From: an archaeon
GTDB lineage: Archaea > B1Sed10-29 > WALL01
Assembly: GCA_042584585.1 (NCBI GenBank)
Contig: JBHOSQ010000017.1
Coordinates: forward strand, 1-16,061
Direction of reading: 5' to 3'
DNA length: 16,061 nt
The notes under the pieces were generated by a model that saw nothing but the letters and a program-made list of their open reading frames with translations, did no database searches and had not been told where the DNA came from. The position numbers and the translations under genes are program-made. Below, piece by piece: positions 1 to 7,055 of the stretch (position 1 is the first letter of the stretch; every line of letters starts with the position of its first letter).

Positions 1-648
1 GGGACGAGGCTGCTTTACGAGTACCCGAGGCCGGACAGGATAACAGGCGCACAAGAGGAATGGATAAAAGGGTACATGGAAGAGTTTGAGGAAGCGGTCG
101 TGCAGGGAAGGCATGAAGAGTACATTGACGTGGACTCGTTCGTGGACTACTACTTGATAAACGAGCTCTTCAAGGATCTTGACGCGTTCAGGTCCAGCAC
201 TTACATAACCAAGGACCGGGGCGGAAAGCTTGTGATGGGGCCAATCTGGGATTATGACACGGCAATGGGGAACAGGGTGCATTATGGCGTGTGGAACACG
301 AGTGGCTGGGTGCTCGGGTCGTTCCAGCCGCGCACGTCACCGGTCCCGTTTTGGTGGAAGATGCTGCTCAAGGACCCAGGCTTCGCGAACAAAACAATCG
401 AGCGGTGGAAAGAATTGCGGCGGGGCCCTCTTTCGGCGGAGAACATTAACGCAGAAATAGATGGAGCCGCGCTGTTACTGGACGAGGCGCAGGAGCGGAA
501 CTTCGAGAGGTGGCTAGTCCTTGGGGAGTACGTGTGGCCGAACCCAGAGCCGTACCCCGAGACATACGAGGGCGAGGTCGAAGCCTTGAGGGCGTGGCTT
601 GTGGCAAGGGCAGAGTGGATTGACGGGAACATTGAGTCGCTTGCATAG
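1..648 (+). CDS. CotH kinase family protein, C-terminal part (5' end outside window)
   Basis: Frame is open from base 1 (GTRLLYEYPRPDRITGAQEEWIKGYM...), so the Met at 76 is internal. CotH-type motifs: YIDVDSFVDYYLINELFKDLD, TYITK, MGPIWDYDTAMGN, WWKMLLKDPGF..RWKELR and LRAWLVARAEWID. Confidence 0.88.
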   Translation, partial: GTRLLYEYPRPDRITGAQEEWIKGYMEEFEEAVVQGRHEEYIDVDSFVDYYLINELFKDLDAFRSSTYITKDRGGKLVMGPIWDYDTAMGNRVHYGVWNTSGWVLGSFQPRTSPVPFWWKMLLKDPGFANKTIERWKELRRGPLSAENINAEIDGAALLLDEAQERNFERWLVLGEYVWPNPEPYPETYEGEVEALRAWLVARAEWIDGNIESLA

Positions 649-662
649 GGCTAAGCCCTTTT
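647..662 (+). terminator. Possible short hairpin plus T-run after the CotH stop
   Basis: AGGGC-TAA-GCCCT (647-659) followed by TTT, directly at the stop codon. Short and weak. Confidence 0.3.
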
Positions 663-674
663 GCGGGGGACCGA

Positions 675-688
675 TTAAGCTTAAATAA
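675..688 (+). promoter_or_regulatory. Archaeal TATA box for the DUF4956 gene
   Basis: TTAAATAA at 681-688, 21 nt before ATG 710. It overlaps a 10-bp palindrome TTAAGCTTAA (675-684). Confidence 0.6.
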
Positions 689-709
689 GCCCAGTGCGTT
701 TCCTTAGAG

Positions 710-1378
710 ATGGACGTAGCGGCTTTGGAACAATTTGTAATGGGGTGGGGCCCAAGCATTGACGTGGGCTCGCTGGCCGCTGCACTTGTATTGGCCGCGG
801 CACTTTCGTATGTTCTTGGCGTGGTCTACATCAAGTACGGGACGAGCCTGTCCAACAGACGGAAGTTTGCGAACAACTTCGTGCTTCTCGCGACCACGAC
901 GACGCTGATAATCACTGTGGTGCGGTCGTCACTTGCCCTGTCGCTGGGGCTTGTGGGCGCCCTGTCAATTGTGAGGTTCCGCGCCGCGATAAAAGAGCCG
1001 GAGGAACTCGGGTTCCTGTTCTTCACCATCGCGATTGGCCTGGGGCTTGGCGCGAGCCAGTTCGTGATAACCATTGTCTCGTTCGTGATAATAAGCACCT
1101 TGATTGTAGTGAAGTCGTTCATGGGCACGGAAAAGGGCTACCAGAACCTGTGCCTCACGGTCTCGGCCGAGGGCAGCAAGGCGAGCCTGAAGGCCATAAC
1201 CAGTGTCCTGTCGCGGCATTGCCCGTCGGTCAGCCTCAGGCGGTTCGACTCGGCCAAGGGAGTTGCCGAAGCGTCTTTCTTTGTGTCACTGCCCTCTCCC
1301 GACAAGCTAGACAAGATAAAGACTGATTTGGAGAAGCTGTCGAAGTCTGTCCGGGTCACCTACGTCGAGGCGGACTGA
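710..1378 (+). CDS. DUF4956 domain-containing membrane protein (MgtC/SapB-like TM region plus soluble C-terminal domain)
   Basis: Signature SSLALSLGLVGALSIVRFRAAIKEPEELGFLFFTIAIGLGLG, several hydrophobic helices, typical ~220 aa length, and CotH/VTC neighbours. Confidence 0.9.
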   Translation: MDVAALEQFVMGWGPSIDVGSLAAALVLAAALSYVLGVVYIKYGTSLSNRRKFANNFVLLATTTTLIITVVRSSLALSLGLVGALSIVRFRAAIKEPEELGFLFFTIAIGLGLGASQFVITIVSFVIISTLIVVKSFMGTEKGYQNLCLTVSAEGSKASLKAITSVLSRHCPSVSLRRFDSAKGVAEASFFVSLPSPDKLDKIKTDLEKLSKSVRVTYVEAD

Positions 1379-2076
1379 ATCCCGAGGGCTTCTACGCCGG
1401 ACACGTACTTCGAGCTTTTGGTGAGCCTGAAGGGGAAATGGTTTGTTATGGCGCCCGCCCCATCGTCAGCGCTTTGGCCGTATTTCAATTCCACGACTAC
1501 GCCTGCGGCGGGCTTGTGCCCAAGGAACAGGTTGTCGCGCTGGAGAATTCTGTAGTAGTCCATGCCCCTATCGATGGTAACCCTGTAGTTTTTGTCTGCC
1601 GACAGAAAATACTTGCGGCTGTATGTGTTTAGGAGGACGGGCTTTAGCGGCTTGAGCTCGCTGACGAGCCAATCCGGCAAGCCAGATTTCGTGATAACGT
1701 TGTCCATGAGCGCCTGGAAAACGAACTTACGGTCGAGTGTGAATGGCTTGAGGGGGTAAGCAATTTTTGCCCTTAGGCCACTGTCTTTTATTTTGAGCTC
1801 AAGCGACGGGCCGGCGGCGCGGCCGAACAAATCCCCATACCACCTAATGCGGGCCTTGGCTCTTTGTGGGCTGCCCCTAACATTGTCGTGGTAGCTCTCC
1901 AGCCGGGGTGAATCAAGGTATATGTTGTTCACGGTCCGCTCGCCGTATATCTCGGTGAACACGCCGGGGTTTGACTTGACTATTGCCTCGGCGGCATGGC
2001 TGTCCAGTTCCGGGACAAAGAACTTCCGTTCATGCGTGAACTCACTGTTTTTGTAGCAGTCCTGCGGGCACAGCAT
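1360..2076 (-). CDS. VTC / polyphosphate polymerase domain protein (triphosphate tunnel metalloenzyme, CYTH-like fold)
   Basis: N-terminal ExK motif (HERKF), NIYLDSP.L, RAKARIRWYG, LELKIK, YSRKYF, RVTIDR, VVELKY and KSSKY. Confidence 0.9.
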   Translation of the reverse strand: MLCPQDCYKNSEFTHERKFFVPELDSHAAEAIVKSNPGVFTEIYGERTVNNIYLDSPRLESYHDNVRGSPQRAKARIRWYGDLFGRAAGPSLELKIKDSGLRAKIAYPLKPFTLDRKFVFQALMDNVITKSGLPDWLVSELKPLKPVLLNTYSRKYFLSADKNYRVTIDRGMDYYRILQRDNLFLGHKPAAGVVVELKYGQSADDGAGAITNHFPFRLTKSSKYVSGVEALGIQSAST

Positions 2077-2102
2077 ACTCTATGAGTTATTGCCGACCGC
2101 GG

Positions 2103-2111
2103 TTTAAAAAA
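2103..2111. promoter_or_regulatory. TATA box for the VTC gene (minus strand; TTTAAA core is palindromic)
   Basis: Minus strand reads TTTTTTAAA, ending 26 nt before ATG 2076. Plus strand reads TTTAAAAA. Confidence 0.55.
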
Positions 2112-2165
2112 CAAAACCATTGGGTGTCCGCCTGCAGACTAGACAGGACCGCAACGGCAGAAACC

Positions 2166-2191
2166 GGGGGAACGCCAATTGGCGTTCCCCC
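2166..2191. repeat. Perfect 26-bp palindrome
   Basis: GGGGGAACGCCAA|TTGGCGTTCCCCC is exactly self-complementary. On + it is followed by TTCTTCTTTTTCT. Confidence 0.95.
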
Positions 2192-2211
2192 CAGTTCTTC
2201 TTTTTCTCCAA

Positions 2212-2223
2212 AACCTTTAAATA
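2212..2223 (+). promoter_or_regulatory. TATA box of the RNase P RNA gene
   Basis: TTTAAATA at 2216-2223 preceded by A-rich AAAACC. The 11-mer AACCTTTAAAT recurs at 2566-2576. Confidence 0.6.
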
Positions 2224-2276
2224 GTGCAATAAATGTAATTTTGGCGTCCCCGTTAAAGGGGGTGCCGGCTTCGGTC

Positions 2277-2554
2277 GGCGGGTAGGGAGCGAGTGGCTGC
2301 GGGAACTTCGGTTCCTGAGGAAGTTCTGCCCACGCCATTTAACCAAACACGAAGTCGAGAGGCTTCCCGCGGGAGCAGAAACGATACCGCGGTTCACCAG
2401 AAAAGCGATGATTGCTCTGCATGAGCGGAGAACGCAGCGGGTGAAACGGCCCACGGTAAAAGGCGTGCAAGGGGGATTCCCCGCTAAGTCGAATGCCACT
2501 TGGAGGATTCGTCCTCCTGCGAAACAGAAGGCAGACTACGTCTCCCTGCCCACC
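2277..2554 (+). ncRNA. rnpB: Archaeal RNase P RNA (type-M-like architecture)
   Basis: P1 GGGTAGGGAG (2280-2289) pairs with CTCCCTGCCC (2542-2551). P2 AGTGGC 2292-2297 / GCCACT 2495-2500. P3 GGGAAC-TTCG-GTTCCT 2301-2316. CR-I GAGGAAGTTCTGCC 2317-2330 pairs with CR-V ACAGAAGGCAGACTA (P4 3' strand 2530-2536). CACGCC 2331-2336 / GGCGTG 2462-2467. P9 GAAGTC-GAGA-GGCTTC 2351-2366. CR-II AGCAGAAAC 2374-2382 and CR-III TGAAAC 2442-2447. P19 GGAGGA-TTCG-TCCTCC 2502-2517. Ends approximate. Confidence 0.95.
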
Positions 2555-2565
2555 ATCCCCCCACT

Positions 2566-2577
2566 AACCTTTAAATC
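2566..2577 (+). promoter_or_regulatory. TATA box for the exonuclease gene
   Basis: TTTAAATC at 2570-2577, 23 nt before ATG 2601, with no Shine-Dalgarno sequence. Confidence 0.6.
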
Positions 2578-2600
2578 AATTCCCCACAATAAAGTTAGCG

Positions 2601-3200
2601 ATGCCAACTTTCTACTTTGACATTGAAACAACCGGCGTGAAGCCGGACCGCGACAAAATAATCACGATTCAATACCAGGAAGTCGACCGCAACACCGCGA
2701 AGCCCATCGGGCCGCTGGTGATACACAAAGAGTGGGACTCCAGCGAGCACGAAATGCTCCAGGACTTCGTGGGCTCCACGAGGATTACTGACCCGTACCC
2801 GTTTTCGTTCGTGCCCATCGGGTACAACCTCAAGTTCGAGAACGACTTTTTGCGGGAACGGTTGGCGGCGTACGGGTTGCCGCGGCCGGACATACTCGGC
2901 AAACCCAACGTGGACTTGCAGGCCATCGGGGTATTGATGAACAAAGGCGAGTTCGTCGGCTCGGGATTGGACAAGATAACGAACAAGCCGTTCAGCGGGA
3001 AAGGCATTCCGGTGTGGTACAAAGAAAAAGAGTACTGGCGGATTGAAGATTACGTAAAGGCGGAGGCCGAAGCGTTCCTCGAATGGGCGCAGTGGCTGTA
3101 CAAAGAAATGCCCGGGCTAAGAGAAAAGTGGGTCAAAGATGCTTGCGGTGCTCAAACGAATACGCCTTCGCAATCATCCACGGCGCAGCCGCAAGAGTAA
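2601..3200 (+). CDS. RNase H-like / DnaQ-superfamily 3'-5' exonuclease domain protein (YprB/RNase_H_2-like)
   Basis: ExoI FYFDIETTG, DKIITIQ, SEHEMLQDF, ExoII-like IGYNLKFENDFL, VDL, GLDKI and ExoIII-like IEDYVKAE. Confidence 0.8.
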   Translation: MPTFYFDIETTGVKPDRDKIITIQYQEVDRNTAKPIGPLVIHKEWDSSEHEMLQDFVGSTRITDPYPFSFVPIGYNLKFENDFLRERLAAYGLPRPDILGKPNVDLQAIGVLMNKGEFVGSGLDKITNKPFSGKGIPVWYKEKEYWRIEDYVKAEAEAFLEWAQWLYKEMPGLREKWVKDACGAQTNTPSQSSTAQPQE

Positions 3201-4275
3201 TCAAGACCACGATGACGAACGAGGAATACAGCCCCGCGCCGACTTTGCCCGCCAGCATCCCAGCCGTTACAATCGCGAGCGACAGCTCCATCCGCGGAAT
3301 CATCGCTATCCCAACGACGAGGGATTTGCGGGGCGACAGGGCGACCAAGGCCGGGAGGCCGCTTCCCAGTAATTTGCCGAAAAACGCGATTATCAACAAG
3401 GCGATTATAACGGTTCCAACGCCCAAAGCAGCCGCCAAATCCACCTGCATGCCGATATAAAAGAAGAAAATGGGCACAAACACCTCGTAAAACGGCTTCA
3501 GCTCCTGTGCAACGTGCTTCTTGTCGTGAATTTCAGAGAAAAACACGCCCGCAGCGAACGCTCCCACCACAGCAGCGAGCTGCATTTGCATGGAAAGCCA
3601 CGCAAGCAGGAAACACCCCCCCAAGAACAGGGGGAGGAGCGAAGACTCGTGAATACTGCGCTTTATTGACAAGGCCTTGAAGCCCCAAAAGAACGAAAAC
3701 GAAATCGCTGCAAAAACTATTAGGGCCAGGAATGCGAAGGTCTGCAAAGCCATTTGGGTGATTGCCACTGCGGTCGTGGCGGTAGTAATGGCAGCCAGAA
3801 TAACGACGCCCACGATGTCGTCGATGACCGCCGCGGTGGTCACGAGCCGGCCTTCCTCGGACTTAAGGCGGCCCAGGTCGGCCAGCACTCGGGCTGCCAC
3901 GCCTATGGAGGTCGCGGCCATTGCCGCGCCGATGAACGGGGCGCTTTCCGGGGGCAAGAGAAGCATGGCGAGCAGGAACGGCATGATTATCCCGCCGGCT
4001 GCAACCAAAAAAGCTGGGAATCCCATTTTGAAGAGCGAGCGGACGTTGAACTCGAGGCCAATCAAAAAAATCATGGCGAGTATCCCGATTGCGGCAAGGA
4101 CTTCGAGCTGGGAGCTCATGGCGACCCAGCCGAGCGCGAACGGGCCGAGTATGACGCCGGCAAGTATTTCGCCGAGCATCGAGGGCTGGCGCAGCTTGGC
4201 GAACAATTCACCCATAGCCTTGGCAGAAATAAGGACCACACCCAGCTGAATCAGTAAAGGAGCCTCGATGTACAC
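3133..4275 (-). CDS. Cation:proton antiporter, CPA2 (NapA/KefB-like) family, membrane domain only
   Basis: GTG start; QPSMLGEILAGVILGP, FLIGLE, ATSIGVAARVL, TAAVIDDIVG, VGAFAAG, PIFFFYIGM, GKLLG and MIPRMEL motifs; about 12 TM helices; no TrkA-N domain. Confidence 0.93.
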   Translation of the reverse strand: MYIEAPLLIQLGVVLISAKAMGELFAKLRQPSMLGEILAGVILGPFALGWVAMSSQLEVLAAIGILAMIFLIGLEFNVRSLFKMGFPAFLVAAGGIIMPFLLAMLLLPPESAPFIGAAMAATSIGVAARVLADLGRLKSEEGRLVTTAAVIDDIVGVVILAAITTATTAVAITQMALQTFAFLALIVFAAISFSFFWGFKALSIKRSIHESSLLPLFLGGCFLLAWLSMQMQLAAVVGAFAAGVFFSEIHDKKHVAQELKPFYEVFVPIFFFYIGMQVDLAAALGVGTVIIALLIIAFFGKLLGSGLPALVALSPRKSLVVGIAMIPRMELSLAIVTAGMLAGKVGAGLYSSFVIVVLITLAAAPWMIAKAYSFEHRKHL

Positions 4276-4297
4276 AGAATAGGATACTTGGACAATC

Positions 4298-4305
4298 TTT
4301 TTAAA
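4298..4305. promoter_or_regulatory. Shared bidirectional TATA box between the antiporter gene and alaS
   Basis: TTTTTAAA in a 59-bp intergenic gap: 29 nt before the alaS ATG (+) and, read as TTTAAAAA, 22 nt before the antiporter GTG (-). Confidence 0.6.
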
Positions 4306-4334
4306 CCCTGCCCATCAAATCAATATCGCTGATT

Positions 4335-7055
4335 ATGGGCATTGACAAGAGCAGGCTAATGAAATTGTTCCAGAAAGACCCGGACCGCTACTGGAAAGTT
4401 TCTTTGTTCGAGGACGGATGGAACCGCAAAAAATGCCCCAAATGCGGCAAAATGTTTTGGACGCTTGACCCGGACAAGGAACTGTGCGGCGACCCGCCGT
4501 GCGGCGAATACGAATTCCTGGGCAAGCCGCCAACGAAAAAGAAATTGGACTACATCCAGACGTGGAAAACAATCGAAAAGTTCTTTTCCGACGAGGGGCA
4601 CACCCCCATCAAGCGCTACCCCGTGATTTGCAGGTGGTTCCCGGGGCTGTATTTCACTGTGGCGTCGATTGTGGACTTCCAGCGCAGCGCCGGAGGCAAA
4701 ACGGTGTTCGAGCTCCCGACAAACCCGTTAATCGTGCCGCAGGTCTGTTTACGTTTTAACGATATTCCTAACATCGGCGTGTCCGGCAGGCACATGTCGA
4801 GCTTCACCATGGTCGGCCAGCACGCCATCTCCGGAGAGAAGGGCGGGTACTGGAAGGACCGCTGTGTTGATTTGGACCACCGGTTCCTGACCGAGGCACT
4901 GGGCATTCCCGAAGAAAAAGTGGTGTGGACCGAAGACATTTGGGCGGGCCCCAACGCGTTCGGGTCCAGCCTTGAGTACTTTGTCGATGGCTTGGAATTG
5001 GGCAACGCCGTGTTCACCGAATTCGTCGGCACGGTCGACAAATACGAGACCATGGACCAAAAAATCATTGACATGGGCGCGGGACACGAGCGGTTCACCT
5101 GGCTCAGCCAAGGAACGCCCACGGCGTACGACGCGGTGTACGGTCCGGTCATGGAAAAGCTCAGGAAAACAACTGGCGTGAAGTACAACGAGAAAAAGTT
5201 CTTGGAGTACGCGAGGCTCGCCGGGTCAATCAACGCGGACGAGCACGACATCGTAAAATCCAAGGCCGCGGTCGCCAAGACAATGGGCATGGCGCCCAAG
5301 GACTTGGCTGAATTCCTTGCGCCGATGGAAGCGCTTTACGCCATCGCGGACCACGCGAGGACACTCGCATTCGCAATCAGTGACTCCGGGCTCCCGAGCA
5401 ACGTTGGCGGGGGCTATAACCTTCGCGTGATTGCCCGCAGGGCAATGGGGCTAAACGAAAAGTTCGGGTTCGGGCTTGACCTTCCGGAAGTGTGCGCTTG
5501 GCACGCGGATTATTTGAAGCCGTTGTTCCCGGAACTGGCGGAGCACAAAGAACAATACAAAGAGATTCTGGGCGTCGAAAAAACAAAGTACGTGCAGACC
5601 ATGCACCGCGCGAGGCGCACGGTCTCCGGATTGTTGGACTCGAAAAAGCCGATTGGCATGAAAAAGATGCAGGAGCTTTACGAGTCGCACGGCATCACGC
5701 CTGAACTGATTAAAGACATCGCCGAAAAAAGCGGGAACAAGTTCGAGGTGCCGCCCGACTTTTACACCCGGATGACCGAGCAGCACATGAAGCGCGAGGA
5801 AACCGACGCCGAAGTGGTGGACGTGCGCGAATTCCCCGTGACAAAGAAATTGTTTTACGGTCCAAAACTGAAGTTCAAGGCCAAGGTAATCGGCAACAAG
5901 CGCATTGACAACAAGGACTGGGTGGTACTGGACCAAAGCGCGTTTTACGCGGAGAGCGGCGGCCAGGACCACGACACTGGCTACATCAACGGCGAGCGCG
6001 TGAACAACGTGCAAATCGTTGGCGGCGTTGTGCTGCACCAGGTCGACAAGCGCCTGACCGGAGAAGCCAAATGCGAGGTAGACCCCGAGCGCAGGAAGCA
6101 ATTGACCCAGCACCACACCGCGGCGCACCTGGTGAACGGTGCAGCCAGGCGTGTTTTGGGCGAGCACGTGTGGCAGGCAGGCGCACAAAAAGGCGTTTCC
6201 AAGGCTCATTTGGACATCACTCATTACGAGGCCCCTTCGCCGGAGCAGGTGCAGGAAATGGAGGACTTGGCGAACAAGGTAATCGCCGAGGGCCGGACAA
6301 TCCACAAGGCATTGGTCCCCCGCGCCGAGGCGGAAAGGGAGTACGGGTTCCGGCTGTACCAAGGCGGCGCAGTCCCCGAAAAAGAATTGCGGATAATCAG
6401 TATTCCGGAGTGGGACACCGAGGCATGCGGCGGCACGCACGCGGACAACACGGGCGAAGTCGACAAAATCGTGATTACTTCAACAGAAAAAATCCAGGAC
6501 GGGGTCATCCGTGTCTGGTTCCGCGCCGGGAGGGCTGCGGACGCATATTTGTCCGAAATGGACTCGATGCTCGAGGACACCGCACAGTTATTGATGGTCA
6601 ACAAGAAAGACGTGCCCAAAGCGGTGACGAAACTGGTCGCGGGCTGGAAGGCGAAGCGCAAGCGCGTCGAGGAATTGCGCCGCAAGCAGGCCAAGACAAA
6701 AATCAAGGAAATGCAGTTCCGTGCGCTGAAGAAGTACCGCGTCTTGATCAGCAAGGTCGACGACGCGAACATGGACTACTTGCGCGATATCTCGAAACAA
6801 TTGTGCGACGACAGGACATTCCTGTTCTTGATCGGCGTGAAGGACCAGATTTACGTGTTTTCGTTTACGGGAAAAGAGTTCCTCGCGGAGGGCGTGAACT
6901 CGGGCGTAATCGTGAAAGAGCTGTGCAAAAAGCTCGGTGGAGCCGGGGGCGGCCCGCCGCACAAGGGCGAGGGCGTAATCCCATTGTCCCAGAAAGAGGC
7001 CATTGACAGGCTTTTGGAAGACGTCAACAAGCGTGTGGAGGCGAACCTGAAATGA
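4335..7055 (+). CDS. alaS: Alanine--tRNA ligase, archaeal type
   Basis: N-terminal Zn ribbon CPKC..FW..CGDPPC; ASIVDFQ, QVCLRFND, GRH and IDMGAGHER; IADHARTL; LYESHG; FYAESGGQDHDTG; editing motifs QHHTAAH and CGGTH; C-Ala GGAGGG. Confidence 0.98.
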   Translation: MGIDKSRLMKLFQKDPDRYWKVSLFEDGWNRKKCPKCGKMFWTLDPDKELCGDPPCGEYEFLGKPPTKKKLDYIQTWKTIEKFFSDEGHTPIKRYPVICRWFPGLYFTVASIVDFQRSAGGKTVFELPTNPLIVPQVCLRFNDIPNIGVSGRHMSSFTMVGQHAISGEKGGYWKDRCVDLDHRFLTEALGIPEEKVVWTEDIWAGPNAFGSSLEYFVDGLELGNAVFTEFVGTVDKYETMDQKIIDMGAGHERFTWLSQGTPTAYDAVYGPVMEKLRKTTGVKYNEKKFLEYARLAGSINADEHDIVKSKAAVAKTMGMAPKDLAEFLAPMEALYAIADHARTLAFAISDSGLPSNVGGGYNLRVIARRAMGLNEKFGFGLDLPEVCAWHADYLKPLFPELAEHKEQYKEILGVEKTKYVQTMHRARRTVSGLLDSKKPIGMKKMQELYESHGITPELIKDIAEKSGNKFEVPPDFYTRMTEQHMKREETDAEVVDVREFPVTKKLFYGPKLKFKAKVIGNKRIDNKDWVVLDQSAFYAESGGQDHDTGYINGERVNNVQIVGGVVLHQVDKRLTGEAKCEVDPERRKQLTQHHTAAHLVNGAARRVLGEHVWQAGAQKGVSKAHLDITHYEAPSPEQVQEMEDLANKVIAEGRTIHKALVPRAEAEREYGFRLYQGGAVPEKELRIISIPEWDTEACGGTHADNTGEVDKIVITSTEKIQDGVIRVWFRAGRAADAYLSEMDSMLEDTAQLLMVNKKDVPKAVTKLVAGWKAKRKRVEELRRKQAKTKIKEMQFRALKKYRVLISKVDDANMDYLRDISKQLCDDRTFLFLIGVKDQIYVFSFTGKEFLAEGVNSGVIVKELCKKLGGAGGGPPHKGEGVIPLSQKEAIDRLLEDVNKRVEANLK

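Noticed and set aside
2144-2162. CAGGACCGCAACGGCAGAA as SRP RNA helix 8
   Set aside because: Only loosely resembles CAGG-N-CC-GNRA-GG-N-AGCA: extra base, AGAA instead of AGCA, and no flanking helix 5/6 or Alu domain.
2120-2195. tRNA, tRNA half or hammerhead ribozyme
   Set aside because: No T-loop (TTCRA) or cloverleaf on either strand, and no CUGANGA core to accompany GAAAC.
2166-2207. Palindrome plus T-run as an ordinary terminator of an upstream gene
   Set aside because: No plus-strand gene ends upstream, since VTC points away. Kept only as part of the candidate sRNA.
2082-2620. ORFs 2082..2285, 2087..2338, 2104..2499 and 2408..2620
   Set aside because: They overlie the RNase P RNA and promoter/structured elements, and have no protein-like features.
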